In this document: positions 18,818 to 29,435 of the stretch, one piece after another
Position numbering within the stretch: the stretch's first letter is position 1
Layout of the letters: each line of letters opens with the position of its first letter
DNA from: Promethearchaeota archaeon
GTDB taxonomy: Archaea > Asgardarchaeota > Lokiarchaeia > Sigyniarchaeales > SOKP01
Assembly: GCA_016839745.1 (NCBI GenBank)
Contig: JAEOTS010000057.1
Location: 1-45,939 of the forward strand
Length of the DNA: 45,939 bases
Direction: 5' to 3'
Notes under the pieces: generated by a model
What the model was told of the DNA's origin: nothing
Seen by the model: only the letters and a program-made list of their open reading frames with translations
Databases searched by the model: none
Made by a program: the position numbers and the translations under genes

Positions 18818-20215
18818 TTATTTTCTTGCTTTCTTTTGTTCGTGAAGCTCTTCAACTTTTTCTCGGATATTTCTTAGTTTTTCACCATGCAAAGGATATT
18901 TATACATTGCTAATATACCAATCACTAAAGCTATTGCTGGAAAAACGAATATTAACACTCTTAATCCAAGAGCAACTTGTAATGGATCAACTCCCACATC
19001 AAAAGTTTTCCAACCTACTGTGTCAAAAACAGTTGCTATTGCCAAAATTACTAGGATATTTGAAAACCTTAGGACTAAAGCATTAACTCCATAGTATCCT
19101 GCTTCTCTACGCATTCCTGTAGCGACTTCGTCCTCATCTACAATATCAGCAACTACTAAATCAATTATGTAAAGTGAACCAGCTAGACCTATGCCTAATA
19201 AGAAGAAAACAATCATTCCAATCATAAAATCATCTATAAAAAATAACGGTAATAAAGCTAAAATCCAAGTTACCATTGAGATCATCCAAGCCTTTCTATT
19301 ACCTATTCTCCGAACAATTGGCCTCCACAAAATTGTAACAAAAATTGTAGCTGCTAGAAAAGCTACACCTAAAAGTAGTGAAGCCATAAATGCATCTGGT
19401 TGCAATAATACGAATTTGGCATAAAGTGGAATAATTGTTGGTAACATACCAAAAACAAACCAATTACAAAGCTCAGTAATTATGTAAAACCTAAAGGATT
19501 TACTCTTGAAGCAGAATTTAATGGTTTCAAAGAAACCGAATGCATTCTTGTAATCGTCACTAAATTCAGGTCTTTCTCTTGGACCAAATAACAGCATAAT
19601 TGAACTTCCAACAACTACGATAATACCGGCAATAATTCCAAAAAGTTGGTACTCGGGTAATGCTGCCGGTAATGGATTTGAATAATCTGTTATTATAAAT
19701 CCAGGTAATATGAAGGCAAATATCAAGCTAACGATCGTAAAGATTTGACGGATATTGTTTGCTTTAGTCCGCTCTTTCTTAGATAAGAAGACTTCAGGGA
19801 AAATTGATGTGTAGTTTAAACTGAATGCAGTGTAGAACAATTCAAAAAGTATTATGATGATTAAGAAGTAAAAGAAATTACCTATTTGATTCGCAGAACC
19901 GATTGGTAAAGGAGGTGTAAATAAGAAATACATGCTTAAGGCTAATGGTATGAAAAAAATAACCATGTATGGCAATCGTCGACCCCATTTAGTATGTGTC
20001 CTGTCTGAAAGATAACCTATCATCGGATCGTTAAACATATTCCATAATGACCATATCGAATATCCTAAAGTAATCAACCAAATATCTATCCGAACAACAG
20101 CAAAATAAAATGTAAAAACTAAGAGAATAAACGATTGATAGGCTGTTGCATCTGCAATTTGTCCAAAACTATAAAAAAACGCTTTTTTAAGAGTTCCTTT
20201 CTCTTTTTCACTCAT
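18818..20215 (-). CDS. MFS glycoside-pentoside-hexuronide (MelB-like) transporter
   Basis: NDPMIGYLSDRTHTKWGRRLPY, ADIVDEDEVATGMRREAGYYG, about 12 TM helices. Confidence 0.92.
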   Translation of the reverse strand: MSEKEKGTLKKAFFYSFGQIADATAYQSFILLVFTFYFAVVRIDIWLITLGYSIWSLWNMFNDPMIGYLSDRTHTKWGRRLPYMVIFFIPLALSMYFLFTPPLPIGSANQIGNFFYFLIIIILFELFYTAFSLNYTSIFPEVFLSKKERTKANNIRQIFTIVSLIFAFILPGFIITDYSNPLPAALPEYQLFGIIAGIIVVVGSSIMLLFGPRERPEFSDDYKNAFGFFETIKFCFKSKSFRFYIITELCNWFVFGMLPTIIPLYAKFVLLQPDAFMASLLLGVAFLAATIFVTILWRPIVRRIGNRKAWMISMVTWILALLPLFFIDDFMIGMIVFFLLGIGLAGSLYIIDLVVADIVDEDEVATGMRREAGYYGVNALVLRFSNILVILAIATVFDTVGWKTFDVGVDPLQVALGLRVLIFVFPAIALVIGILAMYKYPLHGEKLRNIREKVEELHEQKKARK

Positions 20216-20334
20216 ATAGAACCATCCAATAAGAATTTTTTATAAATTTTTATTAATCTAATTCAATATTTTTTCTTTTATATATTTTCATAGAAAATTG
20301 AAGGACTATTATTAAAAAATAAAAAAAAATTGAG

Positions 20335-21726
20335 TTAAATTTTTAACTTCTTTTTTTTGTGTAGTTCCGCGAGTAGTGTTTTGATCTGTTTCAAATTAGC
20401 CCCGTCTAAAGGGTATAAGTATATTGCGATTAATGCGATTATTAAAGCGATCGCAGGGTAAATAAACATTAAACTTCTCAATTCAAAATCGGGGATATTA
20501 ATTGGACTGAATTCGCCCCAATCAGCAATAAGAAACACAGGGCCTATAATTAAAAATACAAACACTGTAGCAAATCTTTGGAAGAAAATGTTTACCCCAT
20601 AATAGCCGCCTTCTCTACGAACACCCGTCTTTACTTCATCTTCGTCAACTATATCAGCAATAATGATATCAATAATATACAATGAACCAGATAAACCTAT
20701 TCCAATTAAAAAGAATACAGCAAATGCTGCAATTTCCATACCAGGTCCTAGAAAAAATAATGGAGCTAAAGTAATAATCCAAATCGTCATTGAGATTAAC
20801 CAAGATTTCCTTGGACCAATTTTCTGGACTAACGGCTTCCAAAGTAGAGTCATAAAGATTGCAGCAGATAAAAAGGTAACCCCTAATAATAGAGAAATCA
20901 TAAAAGGATCTCCAATTCCTAATATGAATTCACCGTAAAGTGGAACAACTACGGGTAGCATACCATAAACAAACCAGTTAGCAATTTCTGCGGGAATATA
21001 CCTCATGAAGCTTTTGCTCTTTATACAATATTTAAGAGCATTGAAGAAACTAGGGGCTTCCTTGTATTCTTGCTTGAATTCTGTTCTTCCTTTTGGTGAA
21101 AATTTTAGAAATATTAAACCTGGGATAATTACGATGATTGCAACAATTAATGCAAATGTAGGATACTCTCCTGGTCCAGGACTCGTGTAACTAGAGATGA
21201 ATATACCCGGTAAAAGAAAAGCAGCTATTAACCCAAAAATTGCAAAAAGTTGTCTTACATTATTGCCCTTAGCTCTTTCTTCCTCTGTAATAAATATTTC
21301 TGGGAATAAAGATGTAAAATTAATATCGTACATAGTAAAAAAGAGCTCAAAAATTATGATTATAATTAGAAAATATACAAAATTAATAGTCTCATCAATA
21401 ATTCCATAAGAAAAAGGTGGTACAAATAGGAAGAAAAGAATAATCGCAATAGGTAATAATGACACCATAACCCAAGGAATTCGACGACCCCATCTTGTGT
21501 GAGTTCTATCTGATAAATACCCAATAAATGTGTCGTTAAAACTATTCCAAATTGACCAAATTATAAAACCAAGAGTTATCCACCCAATATCAAGCCCCAC
21601 TACCGCAAAGTAAAATGTGAAAGTTAAAAAAGTGAACGCTTGGTAGGATGCGATATCTGATATTTGACCGATGCTGTAGGAGACTGCGCGTTTATACGAA
21701 AATTTTCTTTTTTGGTTTTCGCTCAT
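20335..21726 (-). CDS. MFS GPH-family transporter (tandem paralog)
   Basis: NDTFIGYLSDRTHTRWGRRIPW, ADIVDEDEVKTGVRREGGYYG. Confidence 0.92.
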   Translation of the reverse strand: MSENQKRKFSYKRAVSYSIGQISDIASYQAFTFLTFTFYFAVVGLDIGWITLGFIIWSIWNSFNDTFIGYLSDRTHTRWGRRIPWVMVSLLPIAIILFFLFVPPFSYGIIDETINFVYFLIIIIIFELFFTMYDINFTSLFPEIFITEEERAKGNNVRQLFAIFGLIAAFLLPGIFISSYTSPGPGEYPTFALIVAIIVIIPGLIFLKFSPKGRTEFKQEYKEAPSFFNALKYCIKSKSFMRYIPAEIANWFVYGMLPVVVPLYGEFILGIGDPFMISLLLGVTFLSAAIFMTLLWKPLVQKIGPRKSWLISMTIWIITLAPLFFLGPGMEIAAFAVFFLIGIGLSGSLYIIDIIIADIVDEDEVKTGVRREGGYYGVNIFFQRFATVFVFLIIGPVFLIADWGEFSPINIPDFELRSLMFIYPAIALIIALIAIYLYPLDGANLKQIKTLLAELHKKKKLKI

Positions 21727-21888
21727 GATCTTCAGTTTTAAATAAATTGATAATAATCATATTTCTTTTCTGTCTTTATAAATATTTAGATGAGAAATTC
21801 TCTTTTTTCTTCACCACTTGTCCATTAGAAATACTATGAAAACCTATTAACCAAAATTTTTAATACTTATTCGTTCTATTCTCCTAAT

Positions 21889-22419
21889 ATGAGTCAACAG
21901 AATGAAAGGAAATTAAGGCTAAGGATTTTTGCGGTAATATGGAGTGGCATCTTAGTTATTATAGTTTTCCCTATTATTGGTATTCTTGTCTCTTTACTCC
22001 TAGATTCTATTTTAGGCCTATCAATAATCTTACCTCCTCCGATTAATACTCTTATAGGAATTCCCATCTTAACTTGTGGCTTTTTTTGGGCTATATGGGC
22101 AAATCTTGATATATTTAGACGAGGAAAAGGAAGCCCAGTACCTTTAAAAGATACGCAAACGACTATCTTAGTTGTAAAGGGACCATATAAATTTTGCAGA
22201 AATCCTATGATTTTTGGTTATATTTTAGTGTGGATTGGTCTTGGATTCCTTTTTAATTCATTCTTTCTTTTAATTGGCTTCTCAATTATTATGACTTCAC
22301 TGTTGGTAATATTTGTGAAGTTATGGGAGGAAAATAATTTGGAGGAAAGGTTCGGGGATTCTTACCGAGAATATAAAAAAAAAGTCTCTTTCTTAATTCC
22401 TCTACCTCCTAAAAAATAA
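21889..22419 (+). CDS. isoprenylcysteine carboxylmethyltransferase / PEMT-family membrane protein
   Basis: LVVKGPYKFCRNPM and EENNLEERFGDSYREYKKKV motifs. Confidence 0.88.
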   Translation: MSQQNERKLRLRIFAVIWSGILVIIVFPIIGILVSLLLDSILGLSIILPPPINTLIGIPILTCGFFWAIWANLDIFRRGKGSPVPLKDTQTTILVVKGPYKFCRNPMIFGYILVWIGLGFLFNSFFLLIGFSIIMTSLLVIFVKLWEENNLEERFGDSYREYKKKVSFLIPLPPKK

Positions 22420-22515
22420 CATATTCATTTAGGAGAGTAATAAATCATCGAATATTACAGAGACAAAATTAAATATTATAGAACTCTGTAACTAATATAT
22501 TTCATATTTCTCCTC

Positions 22516-23964
22516 GTGTTCAAAATGAAATTAGAAAAGCTTTTTAGACCAAAATCGATGGCTGTTGTTGGGATTTCGAAAAAGAATCCATTGAGTCCCG
22601 GAAGAATCGTTTTGTTAAAAAACGAATTTGAAATGAATGTTAAAGTATATGGCATCTATCCATCTGGAGGAGATCTTGAAGGGATCAAGTTATATGAAAA
22701 ATTAGACAAATTACCAGAAATTCCTGACTTACTTGTAATTGCTGTTGGACCAGACGATACTTTAGGATATGTTCAAGATTGTGTTGATTTAAATATCCCT
22801 TCCTGTGTAATAATAGGAGGAGGATTTGCTGAAATTGGTGGTAAAGGTAAGAAAAGGCAACAAGAACTCGAGAAGATCGCTTTTGATAACGATATCGCTG
22901 TCCTCGGTCCGAACTGTTTAGGCGTTTACGCGAGTCCTACTGTTGACACGATTTTTTTACCTACAGAACGCATCACAAGACCCCCTAAGGGCACTGTAGC
23001 ACTAATAAGTCAATCAGGAGGAGTTTTAGTTGATCAATTCTTTGTAAAGTTCAGTGAGAGGAATATAGGGGTTTCAACTGCAGTTTCTATAGGCAATCGA
23101 GCAGTTGTGGATGAGGTAATGCTGTTAGAGTATTTTAGTAAAGTTGATCAAGAGACCTCAAACATTGCTTTCTATTTAGAAGGATTCAAAGAGGGTAATG
23201 CTAGGAAATTTTTACAACTAGCTAAAGAATCAGAGGATACAGTAGTGACATTTTTTGGAGGAAAAACTCGAGAAGGTAAAGTTGCGACCCAATCACATAC
23301 AGCTAGCTTAGCAGGAGATTACAAAATTCTTAGTGGAGCGTTAAGACAATATCAAATAATACAACCTACCTCAGAAAGTGAGCTATTAACATGTTTAAAA
23401 GTATACGATGTCTTGTCTCATCGAAAAAATCCTTTTGGGAAAAATGTGATTACCTACGGGGATGTTGTGATCGTCTCAGTTTCTGGTGGACACGGTGTGA
23501 TAGCCTCAGACATGTTGAAAAAATACGGATTGAATGCGGTACGACTTGAACGACAAGAGAAGAAAGATTTAAAAGAACTTATGAACCCATCAGCAAGAGA
23601 AATAGCTTCTTTTAATAACCCAATTGATTTAACGGGCTCTGTAATCGATACAGATATAGAAGATGTAGTAAGGTATTTATCAGATATTGAACGGATTGAA
23701 TGCATAATATTGTTATTGCTTCCATATCCACCGAATATCTCTTTTCAAATCGGAAGAAGGATAGCAAACATAGTTTCAACTAAAAATAAACCCGTTGTGT
23801 GTTTTGTTCCATATGTTGCGAAATACTCTCTAATAATCGAATCCCTTGAACTCGCTTACATCCCAGTGTTTCATTCAATTAAAGAAGCAGTTCAAGCTGT
23901 CTCCGCACTTAAACACCGGACTAGAATCGATAATATAAAAAAAGGAAATTTATTTTGGCAGTAA
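22516..23964 (+). CDS. acyl-CoA synthetase (NDP-forming), alpha subunit
   Basis: KLFRPKSMAVVG, GGGFAE, LGPNCLG, ISQSGG, SIGN, phospho-His motif SHTASLAG, NPIDLTG. Confidence 0.9.
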   Translation: MFKMKLEKLFRPKSMAVVGISKKNPLSPGRIVLLKNEFEMNVKVYGIYPSGGDLEGIKLYEKLDKLPEIPDLLVIAVGPDDTLGYVQDCVDLNIPSCVIIGGGFAEIGGKGKKRQQELEKIAFDNDIAVLGPNCLGVYASPTVDTIFLPTERITRPPKGTVALISQSGGVLVDQFFVKFSERNIGVSTAVSIGNRAVVDEVMLLEYFSKVDQETSNIAFYLEGFKEGNARKFLQLAKESEDTVVTFFGGKTREGKVATQSHTASLAGDYKILSGALRQYQIIQPTSESELLTCLKVYDVLSHRKNPFGKNVITYGDVVIVSVSGGHGVIASDMLKKYGLNAVRLERQEKKDLKELMNPSAREIASFNNPIDLTGSVIDTDIEDVVRYLSDIERIECIILLLLPYPPNISFQIGRRIANIVSTKNKPVVCFVPYVAKYSLIIESLELAYIPVFHSIKEAVQAVSALKHRTRIDNIKKGNLFWQ

Positions 23965-24044
23965 TTTTAGTCTAACTAGATGAATAAACTTTAGAAATTT
24001 GTTTAATTTAATGGAATTATTATTGAAATATTTTAATTAAAAAG

Positions 24045-24938
24045 ATGAGAAATTTGGATAAGAAAATAGGCTGGATAGGAACTGGCGTTATGGGAAAGTC
24101 TATGTGTGCTCATATCTTGAAAGCAGGATATAAAGTTTCAGTTTATAACCGAACCAAAGAAAAAAGTAAAGAATTAGTTGATAAGGGCGCAATATGGTGT
24201 TCAAATCCAAAGGATGTTGCTGAGAAGAGCGATATTGTCTTTACGATTGTTGGTTTCCCTCACGATGTCGAGGAAGTATATTTTGGAGACAACGGAATTT
24301 TAAAATCGATAAAAAATAACTCGATTATAGTAGATATGACAACTTCTGAGCCTTCCCTAGCTCAAAGGATTTATAATGAGGCGAAGAAAATAGGAGTGTC
24401 ATCTTTGGATGCTCCTGTATCTGGTGGAGATGTAGGAGCAAAAAATGGAACACTTGCAATAATGATTGGCGGTGATAAAGAGACTTACGAAAAAGTGTTA
24501 CCGTTTTTCGAGTTAATGGGAGAAAATATATCCTATATGGGCAAAGAAGGAGCAGGACAGCACACTAAAATGAGCAATCAAATTCTCATAGCTTCTACGA
24601 TGATTGGAACTATCGAATCTCTTTTATATGCTCATAAAGCTGGAAATGACTTGGACGATGTAATTCAAGTTATTGGAAAGGGAGCTGCAGGTTGTTGGTC
24701 AATTAACAATCTAGGACCTCGAATTGCTAAAGGTAATTTTGAACCGGGATTTTTTATTAAACACTTCGTAAAAGATATGGGAATCGCGCTAAAGGAAGCG
24801 AGAATTTTGAAATTGTCACTACCAGGGCTTGCCCTCGCTTATCAATTTTATATGTATGCTATGGCATTAGGTTTGGAGAACCTGGGAAGTCAAGGATTAT
24901 ACAAAGTTTTAGGAAAAATGAATGGAATAGACATATAA
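24045..24938 (+). CDS. 3-hydroxyisobutyrate dehydrogenase / 2-hydroxy-3-oxopropionate reductase family
   Basis: IGWIGTGVMGKSM, LDAPVSGGDVGA, GAGQHTKMSNQ, KDMGIAL. Confidence 0.92.
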   Translation: MRNLDKKIGWIGTGVMGKSMCAHILKAGYKVSVYNRTKEKSKELVDKGAIWCSNPKDVAEKSDIVFTIVGFPHDVEEVYFGDNGILKSIKNNSIIVDMTTSEPSLAQRIYNEAKKIGVSSLDAPVSGGDVGAKNGTLAIMIGGDKETYEKVLPFFELMGENISYMGKEGAGQHTKMSNQILIASTMIGTIESLLYAHKAGNDLDDVIQVIGKGAAGCWSINNLGPRIAKGNFEPGFFIKHFVKDMGIALKEARILKLSLPGLALAYQFYMYAMALGLENLGSQGLYKVLGKMNGIDI

Positions 24939-24960
24939 TCATACCCCAAAATCTCAAATT

Positions 24961-26076
24961 TTAATAATTATCTTTTAAGAATTCTTCTAACTTTTGTAAA
25001 GCTTCTGGCATATTTTTTCTACCAAATCCTATTCTAAAATGACGATCACCATAATCGTAGTTAGAACTCGGCATTAACAACACGCTCTTTTCTTTCAGTA
25101 GTTTTAAACAAAAAGTCCCTACGCCCTCATCTATAAGTAATCTCGGAAAAGCTATCGAACCTGCTTTAGGCTTTATCCACTTGAAAAAATTATTGTATTT
25201 ATTAAAAAAATCATCTAAGAGATTCAAGTTGCTATCTATAATTTCTAAATTTCTGTTTATAATTTTACTTCTATTGCGTAGTGCCAAGATTGCAAAAAAC
25301 TCACTTAGAGCACTATTGCAAATGGTCGTATAATTTTTAAATGAGGCAACTTCTCCAAAAAGCGTGTTATCTTTTGTCGCAATCCAACCAATTCTTAGCC
25401 CAGCTAAACCAAAAGATTTGGACATAACTCCAATTGAAACTCCTTTCTCGTAAAGATCACAAGCAGAAGGCAGTCTTTCAGCTTCATTATACTCTAAAAA
25501 TTTATATACTTCGTCAGAAAGCAGATAAATGTTATTTGTTTTAGCCAAATTAATAATTTTTTCGTAAATATCTTTCTTTGGAAGATAACCCGTAGGATTA
25601 TGAGGGAAGTTAACAACAATACATTTTGTAGATTGGGTAATATTAGTTTCTAAAAATTGTAAATCAAGATTCCAAAGGTTCTCGTCATCCATTACCCACT
25701 TGGTAACTTTACACCCAATAGCGTTAGCGATTTCGTAGAGAGATTGGTATGCCGGATATTGAACAATTAAGTGGTCATCTTTCTTCAAAAGAACATTCAT
25801 AAATATAAAAATCGCCTCTTCAGCCCCGGAAAACACAATCACTTCCTCAGAGTCAATATTACGATACAATTTAGAAATTTCTTCTCGTAATATAGGATTG
25901 CCGAGAGATTCAGTATACCCTAACGTAACATTTTTGAGATCTTCTAAGGAATTCTTTTCTAAAAATAGCAATTCCTCTACGCTAAATGATTCACAATCTG
26001 AAGAACACAAAGAATACTTAACTTTAAACTCATACTTTGCGAAATATTCTTCTAATTTAAAGTCCTTAATTCTCAT
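24961..26076 (-). CDS. PLP-dependent class I/II aminotransferase
   Basis: NFPHNPTG, SDEVY, SKSFGLAGLRIGW, FRIGFGR. Confidence 0.92.
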   Translation of the reverse strand: MRIKDFKLEEYFAKYEFKVKYSLCSSDCESFSVEELLFLEKNSLEDLKNVTLGYTESLGNPILREEISKLYRNIDSEEVIVFSGAEEAIFIFMNVLLKKDDHLIVQYPAYQSLYEIANAIGCKVTKWVMDDENLWNLDLQFLETNITQSTKCIVVNFPHNPTGYLPKKDIYEKIINLAKTNNIYLLSDEVYKFLEYNEAERLPSACDLYEKGVSIGVMSKSFGLAGLRIGWIATKDNTLFGEVASFKNYTTICNSALSEFFAILALRNRSKIINRNLEIIDSNLNLLDDFFNKYNNFFKWIKPKAGSIAFPRLLIDEGVGTFCLKLLKEKSVLLMPSSNYDYGDRHFRIGFGRKNMPEALQKLEEFLKDNY

Positions 26077-26082
26077 TTCATT

Positions 26083-26898
26083 CTAGGTAACATCGACAAG
26101 TTTTTCGATTTGTTTGATTGATTTTTCTACAAAATCTTTATCATTTATTGTGAGTTCTATCGCATTTTGGGGGCAAATTTCTACACACCGACCACACCCC
26201 CTGCACTCCCCAGTAATTTTGGCATGATTGTCAACCATGTGAATCGCATCGACAAAACATATTCCTTGCATACAAGTTCCACATCCAATACATCTTTCTG
26301 TTACTTTTAGGGTTACTCCCGACATTTTTTGCACTTTAGAACCAATTTTAGAAGCTACCACGGGAGCTATACGCCATAAGCAACAGCAAGGATCGCAATT
26401 ACATATACTAAGAAGTTTATATCCAGGATTTACGCCAAGCCATTGCTTATCTAATCGATTTCTTCCAATCATATGAACTAATCCTGCTTCTTTACATTTT
26501 CTTATGTGATCAAGGGCTTCTTCCTTAGTTACGAGTCGCCCTAATTGGGGATTTATCCCTAAAACAGCCTCTCCCAGAAACATACACCCTAAATCAATTG
26601 GATAGTCGCTGCACTGCATTGATTCTCGACATATACAAAAATTCATTACCCAATGATAGTTAGCTTTTTCTATAAAGTGTTCCAAAACTTTTGAGGGCAA
26701 CACCATTTCATTTTGTTTTTCAACTTCTTTATTAATAGAAATTACTTTATCTTGCGTCAAGTAAATAATATCGTCTCCCTCAAAAAGTAACCAATCAAAC
26801 AATTTTCCTATTAATGGAAACCTCGTTAATTTAGCTATTAATTTAATATTAGGAAAAGTTTTTTCCAGTAAATTTACGAACCAAAGAGGTCTTGCCAT
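26083..26898 (-). CDS. 4Fe-4S ferredoxin-domain protein
   Basis: CICR, ICNCDPCCC, CIGCGTC, CRGCGRCVEICP. Confidence 0.88.
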   Translation of the reverse strand: MARPLWFVNLLEKTFPNIKLIAKLTRFPLIGKLFDWLLFEGDDIIYLTQDKVISINKEVEKQNEMVLPSKVLEHFIEKANYHWVMNFCICRESMQCSDYPIDLGCMFLGEAVLGINPQLGRLVTKEEALDHIRKCKEAGLVHMIGRNRLDKQWLGVNPGYKLLSICNCDPCCCLWRIAPVVASKIGSKVQKMSGVTLKVTERCIGCGTCMQGICFVDAIHMVDNHAKITGECRGCGRCVEICPQNAIELTINDKDFVEKSIKQIEKLVDVT

Positions 26899-26973
26899 AC
26901 TATATTCCGTCCCACTAATACTAAATTATTCTAACTTTAATATCTATTATTCTGTAAGAAATATAAAATTAGT

Positions 26974-28857
26974 TTAAAAAAACATAGAATCTAGTCTTTC
27001 TTTTAATTTATGCGGTGGAAATTTTGGTTCCCGGTCAAAAGTCAGTAAACCATTAATTTCTTGAAATTGATCGTAAAGCTCGGTGTAACAAAATCCTTGA
27101 ATCCATTCCTTTCTTGCGTCGAATTGCTTAAGTAATTCTAACACTTTTTCAAATAAACCTTCAGAATCTTTGATTAAACCTCCATAGCCCCATTTTTTTT
27201 CTAATCTTTCTTTGAAATCATAACCAATTCCTCCTATTTCACTGTAAATAACGGGTTCACCTTTGTATTGATGTGGCTTTAAATATATCATTTCCATTGA
27301 GGTTTTATGATTTTTAATTTCATCCTCTAATGTTGCTGGCAATGAATCGTTAGGTGGATATAAGTGTCGGGTACAAATATCATTATTTTCCGTATGCCAC
27401 CATCCATCGTTGTTTATAATTAATCGAGTAGAATCAATTGATTTAATTAAAAAGTACAATGCAGAGGTATAATATCCCCTTTTTGGGTCCCTTTCTGCTC
27501 CAGAAACGCCCCATCCTTCGTTTAAGGGTACCCACGCAATAATAGAAGGATGATTATAATCTCTCTCAACTTCAGCTACAAATTCGTTAATAAGTCTAAG
27601 TTGTGATTTTACAGAGTAACGAAAAGCATTACCAATTTCTCCCCACACCAAAACACCCATTTTATCACACCAATACAAAAATCGAGGTTCAAAGACTTTT
27701 TGATGCGTTCTTAGACCATTAAATCCAAAATCGATAACATATTGAATATCTTTTTTGATGTAATCATCAGAGGGGGGAGTATATAAGCTATCAGGCCAAT
27801 AACCTTGCACTAAAAATAATTTTTGATATATTGGTTTACCATTTAGCAAAATTCTCTGCGATTTATTTCCAAAATCTGATATTGAAATTTTTCTCATACC
27901 GAAATAGCTTGATATCTCGTCATATATCTCACCCGTTTCTTCATTTTGTACTTTTAATGATAAATCATATAAATTCGGACGATAGATATCCCAAAGAAAC
28001 AACTTATCCTCAGGAATTTGTATCTTGAATTTGAAGCGATTTGGATTTTCATAATGCATAAACTTATGGAATAATTCAATCTTTTCTTTCAAAACTTTCT
28101 TAATTTTTCCCCGTCCGATTTTTCCGAGGAAACCCAAATTTATATTCTCTTGAGCAATAGTTTGATTCCTAAATAAAATGTCAATGAATAGACCTAACTC
28201 TGAAAAACCAATCCCATTAATATTGATTTCAAATATAACTTCAGATTTATCAATATTTGGAGTAATTTTTAATTCGTCTATTTGGAACTCTGGAGATAAA
28301 AATTCCAACCAAACGGTTTGCCAAATACCAGATACTCTTGGATAAAATATCAAATCATATTCGATTTTCCAGTATTGCTTACCTCTCGGAATCTCAAGAT
28401 CTTGGCTCGGATCTTCAACTCTGATGACTAAAATGTTAACATCTTCAAGGAAATTTGTAATATCTAACGAAAATCCTAAATATCCTCCTTCGTGAGAGCC
28501 TATATGTTCACCGTTCAAGTATATTGAACTCTTATAATCAATAGCTCCAAAATGTAGTAGGACCTTCTTATTTTTATACTGTTTAGGGATTTCAAATCCT
28601 CTTCTATACCATATAACTTCATGAAAAGATTTATCTTCGATTCCACTTAATTTACTTTGAAAACAAAAAGGAACTATTATTTTTCTATCAAAATTCTTTG
28701 AGCTTTCTTTTTTATACCATCGTTCTTTTAATCCTACATCTCTATCGTCAAAACTAAAATCCCACTCTCCGTTAAGGTTAATCGAATTGCCTTCCCTTAC
28801 AAATTGTGGCCTAGGGTATTCTGGTCTTGGAATGTTAGCTTCGCATAAATTCTCCAT
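26974..28857 (-). CDS. glycoside hydrolase family 2
   Basis: PRPEYPRPQF, NLNGEWDF, LHFGAID, GIWQTVWLE, FNGLRTHQK, NHPSIIAWVPLNEGWG, SEIGG, GFCYTELYD. Confidence 0.93.
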   Translation of the reverse strand: MENLCEANIPRPEYPRPQFVREGNSINLNGEWDFSFDDRDVGLKERWYKKESSKNFDRKIIVPFCFQSKLSGIEDKSFHEVIWYRRGFEIPKQYKNKKVLLHFGAIDYKSSIYLNGEHIGSHEGGYLGFSLDITNFLEDVNILVIRVEDPSQDLEIPRGKQYWKIEYDLIFYPRVSGIWQTVWLEFLSPEFQIDELKITPNIDKSEVIFEININGIGFSELGLFIDILFRNQTIAQENINLGFLGKIGRGKIKKVLKEKIELFHKFMHYENPNRFKFKIQIPEDKLFLWDIYRPNLYDLSLKVQNEETGEIYDEISSYFGMRKISISDFGNKSQRILLNGKPIYQKLFLVQGYWPDSLYTPPSDDYIKKDIQYVIDFGFNGLRTHQKVFEPRFLYWCDKMGVLVWGEIGNAFRYSVKSQLRLINEFVAEVERDYNHPSIIAWVPLNEGWGVSGAERDPKRGYYTSALYFLIKSIDSTRLIINNDGWWHTENNDICTRHLYPPNDSLPATLEDEIKNHKTSMEMIYLKPHQYKGEPVIYSEIGGIGYDFKERLEKKWGYGGLIKDSEGLFEKVLELLKQFDARKEWIQGFCYTELYDQFQEINGLLTFDREPKFPPHKLKERLDSMFF

Positions 28858-28947
28858 GAGAGAAAAAAAAATATTATAAATAAAAAGTTATCCAAATTTA
28901 ATATAACTATAAATTTTAAAAGAAATTTTGATAATGGTTTCGTTGTA

Positions 28948-29412
28948 ATGAGTGAAATAAATCTGGGTAATCTGAAAATTAATCAATTGGGATATGTATA
29001 TAAAGATATTAAAAAACAAGCTAAAGTATTAGAGGAAAATTTAGGATTGCCAAAATTTGCATATCTGGAAAATAAACCTACTAAGTATAATTATAGAGGA
29101 AAAGAAACAACTGTCCAAACTACGATTGGTTTTAGTAGGTCCTTAAATGTTCAAATAGAATTAATACAACTTATTAAGGGTGATTGTATTTTTAAAGAGT
29201 TTATTGATGCCGGTAAAGAAGGACTCCATCATTTTGGTATATTTGTAGAAGATGTTGATGTTATTCTAAAAGAATATTTAGAAAGAGGTTATTCCGTTGT
29301 TCATGAAGGAATTACTGCTGGTGTGCAAAAAGTAGCCCATATTGACACTTATGACGATTTTGGAGTATATATTGAATTCCAGCAAACTAGAAAGAAGAGA
29401 GTTAGAAAATAA
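28948..29412 (+). CDS. VOC / methylmalonyl-CoA epimerase-like protein
   Basis: INQLGYV, QIELIQ, EGLHHFG, YIEF. Confidence 0.85.
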   Translation: MSEINLGNLKINQLGYVYKDIKKQAKVLEENLGLPKFAYLENKPTKYNYRGKETTVQTTIGFSRSLNVQIELIQLIKGDCIFKEFIDAGKEGLHHFGIFVEDVDVILKEYLERGYSVVHEGITAGVQKVAHIDTYDDFGVYIEFQQTRKKRVRK

Positions 29413-29435
29413 ATATCCTGAGGTTTCATTTACAT

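Noticed and set aside
21889-22419. ICMT-like protein as modifier of the local GTPases
   Set aside because: Neither GTPase has a C-terminal Cys motif, and this family is widespread in prokaryotes.
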